Origin: Macrostomum lignano
Taxonomy: Eukaryota
Assembly (NCBI GenBank): GCA_002269645.1
Contig: NIVC01000452.1
Location: 1-64,000 of the forward strand
DNA length: 64,000 bases
Direction: 5' to 3'
Of the stretch, positions 62,101-64,000 are shown in pieces. The position numbers and the translations under genes were made by a program. The first letter of the stretch is position 1, and the number at the start of each line of letters is the position of its first letter. The notes under the pieces are model-generated. The model was given only the letters and a program-made list of their open reading frames with translations. It was not told the DNA's origin and searched no databases.

Positions 62101-64000
62101 GGCGGCCAGGCGGCTGAACACGGCGCCGCAGCGGGCCTCCAGTCCGAGGCGGCCAGCCAGCAGAGCGGCAATCTGCAGGCCGGTGACGGATCTGACAACA
62201 GCCTGCCTGGCGTCCTCTAGCACAGCGTCTGTGCCGAACAGTACGGCTAGAGGAGCGCCGCGCTCGCCGCGTTCGACTGTGCCGCCGAGAACGACGACAA
62301 CGGCGTCCCAGCTGGCCAGCAGCAGCCAGTGCGCCCACAGCTCCTGCGGCTCTCTGGTCCGGCGCCATTCGCCGCTAGCCGAACTGGGCGTCTCCGCGCC
62401 TAATTGAGCCAGGTTGCTAAGCAATATAGAGTCCTTAGCAACGGCAGCTGGGAAGGTCAAGATTCGTTGATCGGCTACTAGGCGATAGATCTCGCGCAGC
62501 CAGGCTCTCGAGGTGCACAGCAGCAGGCCGGAGTCCAGCACGCTAGACAGGAAAGCGGCCTCGGTGATTCGGGGGGCTCGAACCAGGCCCTGCGCCACCG
62601 CAGCCAGGCGGAGGGTCCACAGAGATGCAAAGTACACCGCGTCCGCGTTTAGAGACCCGGCGCCGCCGGAGCTGTCTGGCTGGTCTTCAATTGTGATTAA
62701 AGGGGATGGGGAGGCGGCTAGAGGCAGGTAGGAAACTTTTAAGGGACTTTAAGGCATCAGTGCGACTCTGATATAAATCAAAACAATTACTCCGAACAGG
62801 ACACATTACACAGGCTCACATTACACTGGCTCACATTACACTGGCTCACATTACACAGGCTTACATTACACTGGCTCACATTACACTGACTTACATTACA
62901 CAGGCTCACATTACACTGACTTACATTACACAGGCTCACATTACACTGGCTCACATTACACAGGCTCACATTACACTGGCTCACATTACACAGGCTCACA
63001 TTACACAGGCTCACATTACACTGGCTCACATTACACAGGCTCACATTACACAGGCTCACATTACACAGGCTCACATTACACAGGCTCACATTACACAGGC
63101 TCACATTACACTGGCTCACATTACACTGGCTCACATTACACTGACTTACATTACACTGGCTCACATTACACTGACTTACATTAAACTGGCTCACATTACA
63201 CTGACTTACATTACACTGACTTACATTACACTAGCTCACATTACACTGGCATTACACTGGCTCACATTACACTGGCATTACACTGGCTCACATTACACAG
63301 GCTCACATTACACTGGCTCACATTACACTTTTACGCATTACACTGGCACACATTACACTGGCTCACATTACACTTTACACATTACACTGGCTAACATTAC
63401 ACAGGCTCACATTACACTTATACACATTACACTGGCTAACATTACACAGGCCCACATTACACTTCTCAGCATACATGACAGAATCACCGTACACAGAGGC
63501 ACCAATTAGTTAAAGCGGGTTAGAAGTCCGTTAGACGGTAGACAAATGAATTAATCGAATTGCAAAAATGGTACATTTAACAAAAAAAGTTGCCGTCTCT
63601 TAAAATTTATCTAAAAAAACTTCTCCCATTACGCGCGTAGGAAACGCAGGTTTGTGCTTCAATTGAAATAAAAGTCTTTCAACGTGTGTCAGGTAAACAA
63701 ACTTATCAAATTAATTTTATTACCGTTTGAAGATTCCGACAGAACAGATAGAGCTGAAGCAGGTTTGATTGATATTGTCTCGCTATGGAGCATAAACAGG
63801 AACCAGAGCCGCTCACAAACAGGATTGAGACAATTAAGCGAGCATGCACTGAGCTAGTATAGTCAACCGGGGACCAGCATATCAACAAGCCAAACTCACC
63901 TGTACAAAAATCGCTGCTAAATGCCTGCAGTTGTTCGTCTAAATCGGCATCAGAGGCGGCCTCGCACAGCTGGGGCAGCAGCTGCACCATCAGCAGCACG
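44120..64000 (-). CDS. ARFGEF3: Brefeldin A-inhibited guanine nucleotide-exchange protein 3 (BIG3/KIAA1244) orthologue, 3' portion; 5' end lies beyond the window
   Basis: Exons 63900->64000, 61968-62717, 60659-61449, 58719-59579, 58005-58293, 46026-46424, 44850-45394, 44120-44398; GT-AG, phases consistent. Matches recalled BIG3 motifs: LNADAVY, PDCWPHVLR, ADRLFDDA, PHFNMHEA, LELCDADTQDQLV, SGWRPVF, DVFQAFLGTDSTQVLANA, RLGCSCLRH, QFDQRPGLKFLLQK..AANLYKQ, IGRLMAEYKRRK. Confidence 0.93.
44460..44845. repeat. 25-bp minisatellite in the last ARFGEF3 intron (same unit as JNK intron 2)
   Basis: Read directly; starts a few bases after the splice donor at 44849. Confidence 0.93.
45417..45960. repeat. 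25-bp minisatellite (GGGGTCAGCAGCAGGTCAGATTGAT) in an ARFGEF3 intron
   Basis: Read directly; fills most of intron 45395-46025. Confidence 0.94.
47300..48790 (+). pseudogene. Degenerate P-element/THAP9-like transposase in the large ARFGEF3 intron
   Basis: Fragments KLCSINFDEV...LARTVLAIMVRPLMG, GG..SFVCDD..NRNCF..PW..LFLLY, and C-terminal ALYYICGY...CSEFTSLLSRG; many stops and frameshifts; TIRs not identified. Confidence 0.7.
51173..52420 (+). pseudogene. F-box/leucine-rich-repeat (FBXL-like) gene carried inside the EnSpm element
   Basis: F-box MDALPCEILTQIFAELDVQSLMQCAYVNRRFLDVAMQPLLWR; AMN1-type LRRs (CHRLRRLRLLDC, CPGLTHVEI, LPSLRELTVGG, LTDRGL..WPRLRSLTLLQC); intron 51842-51979; at least three apparent frameshifts (near 51481, 52000, 52100). 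Confidence 0.85.
52480..55030 (+). pseudogene. EnSpm-type transposase, decayed, two introns (about 53318-53456, 54214-54319)
   Basis: CxxC..CxxC N-terminal region; VCPVYLSITEV; FDAPERA; YGCDSC; GIMGLSPL..FDYVRG..YLH..LGLV; LPDRYYQHF; MTYNSHQ..GPL..IFET. Frameshifts present, and the first catalytic Asp appears changed to Val. Confidence 0.88.
56341..56550. repeat. 57-bp tandem repeat, about 3.5 copies, inside the EnSpm element
   Basis: ACTGGCCATGTCGGCAGCGCCGCCACAGCC... (TGHVGSAATASAGPSNANY). Confidence 0.9.
58388..58700. repeat. 30-bp minisatellite (GGCCCAGCAACTGAGGATCTGGTAGGTAGT) in an ARFGEF3 intron
   Basis: About 10 near-identical copies; reverse complement of the CCAGATCCTCAGTTGCTGGGCC family. 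Confidence 0.94.
59610..60190. repeat. 30-bp minisatellite (TTTACCTGTCAATCAGCAGCCYCTCCTATC) in an ARFGEF3 intron
   Basis: Read directly; homogeneity declines to the right. Confidence 0.92.
60275..60505 (-). mobile_element. tRNA-derived SINE with a conserved central domain (CORE/Deu/Nin-like)
   Basis: A box TAGCCTAATGGTTA (60485-60498), B box GGTTCGATTC (60445-60454), then GAGCAAGACACTTAACTC..CTTCAGTTCACCCAGCTGTAAAATGGGTGCC. Confidence 0.8.
61480..61760. repeat. About 24-bp minisatellite (TTGATATGCTTTTTGAAGGCCGA) in an ARFGEF3 intron
   Basis: Read directly. Confidence 0.88.
62800..63470. repeat. 15-bp minisatellite (CACATTACACTGGCT) in an ARFGEF3 intron
   Basis: Read directly; gives the CNVSQ ORF. 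Confidence 0.94.

Overview
Eukaryotic (metazoan) genomic DNA with GT-AG introns. The intronic minisatellites and GC-rich exons would fit a free-living flatworm such as Macrostomum; this is inference only. Three host genes can be rebuilt exon by exon with consistent reading phase: (1) a complete 9-exon CLCA-family gene (minus, 5525-14029, 1109 aa); (2) a complete 5-exon JNK MAP kinase (plus, 38105-41376, 385 aa); (3) the 3' part of an ARFGEF3/BIG3 orthologue (minus, 44120 to beyond 64000), tail-to-tail with JNK. The rest is mostly mobile DNA: a decayed Mag-type Ty3/Gypsy element (16931-21277), a 5'-truncated RTE-like LINE, a young Ty3/Gypsy element with apparently identical LTRs (22917-32304), a one-ended CACTG/EnSpm element, a P-element-like transposase relic, a complete TIR-bounded EnSpm element (50568-57333), two tRNA-derived SINEs, an LTR-like fragment and many minisatellites. 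Best leads: a cold-shock domain inserted between the Gag zinc knuckle and the protease of the young Gypsy element; an intron-containing F-box/LRR gene inside the EnSpm element whose last LRRs run in frame into the transposase; and a CLCA that has lost both the HExxH zinc ligands and the self-cleavage loop while keeping its MIDAS motif and gaining a mucin stalk plus TM anchor. All homology calls are from recalled motif knowledge; no database search was run.
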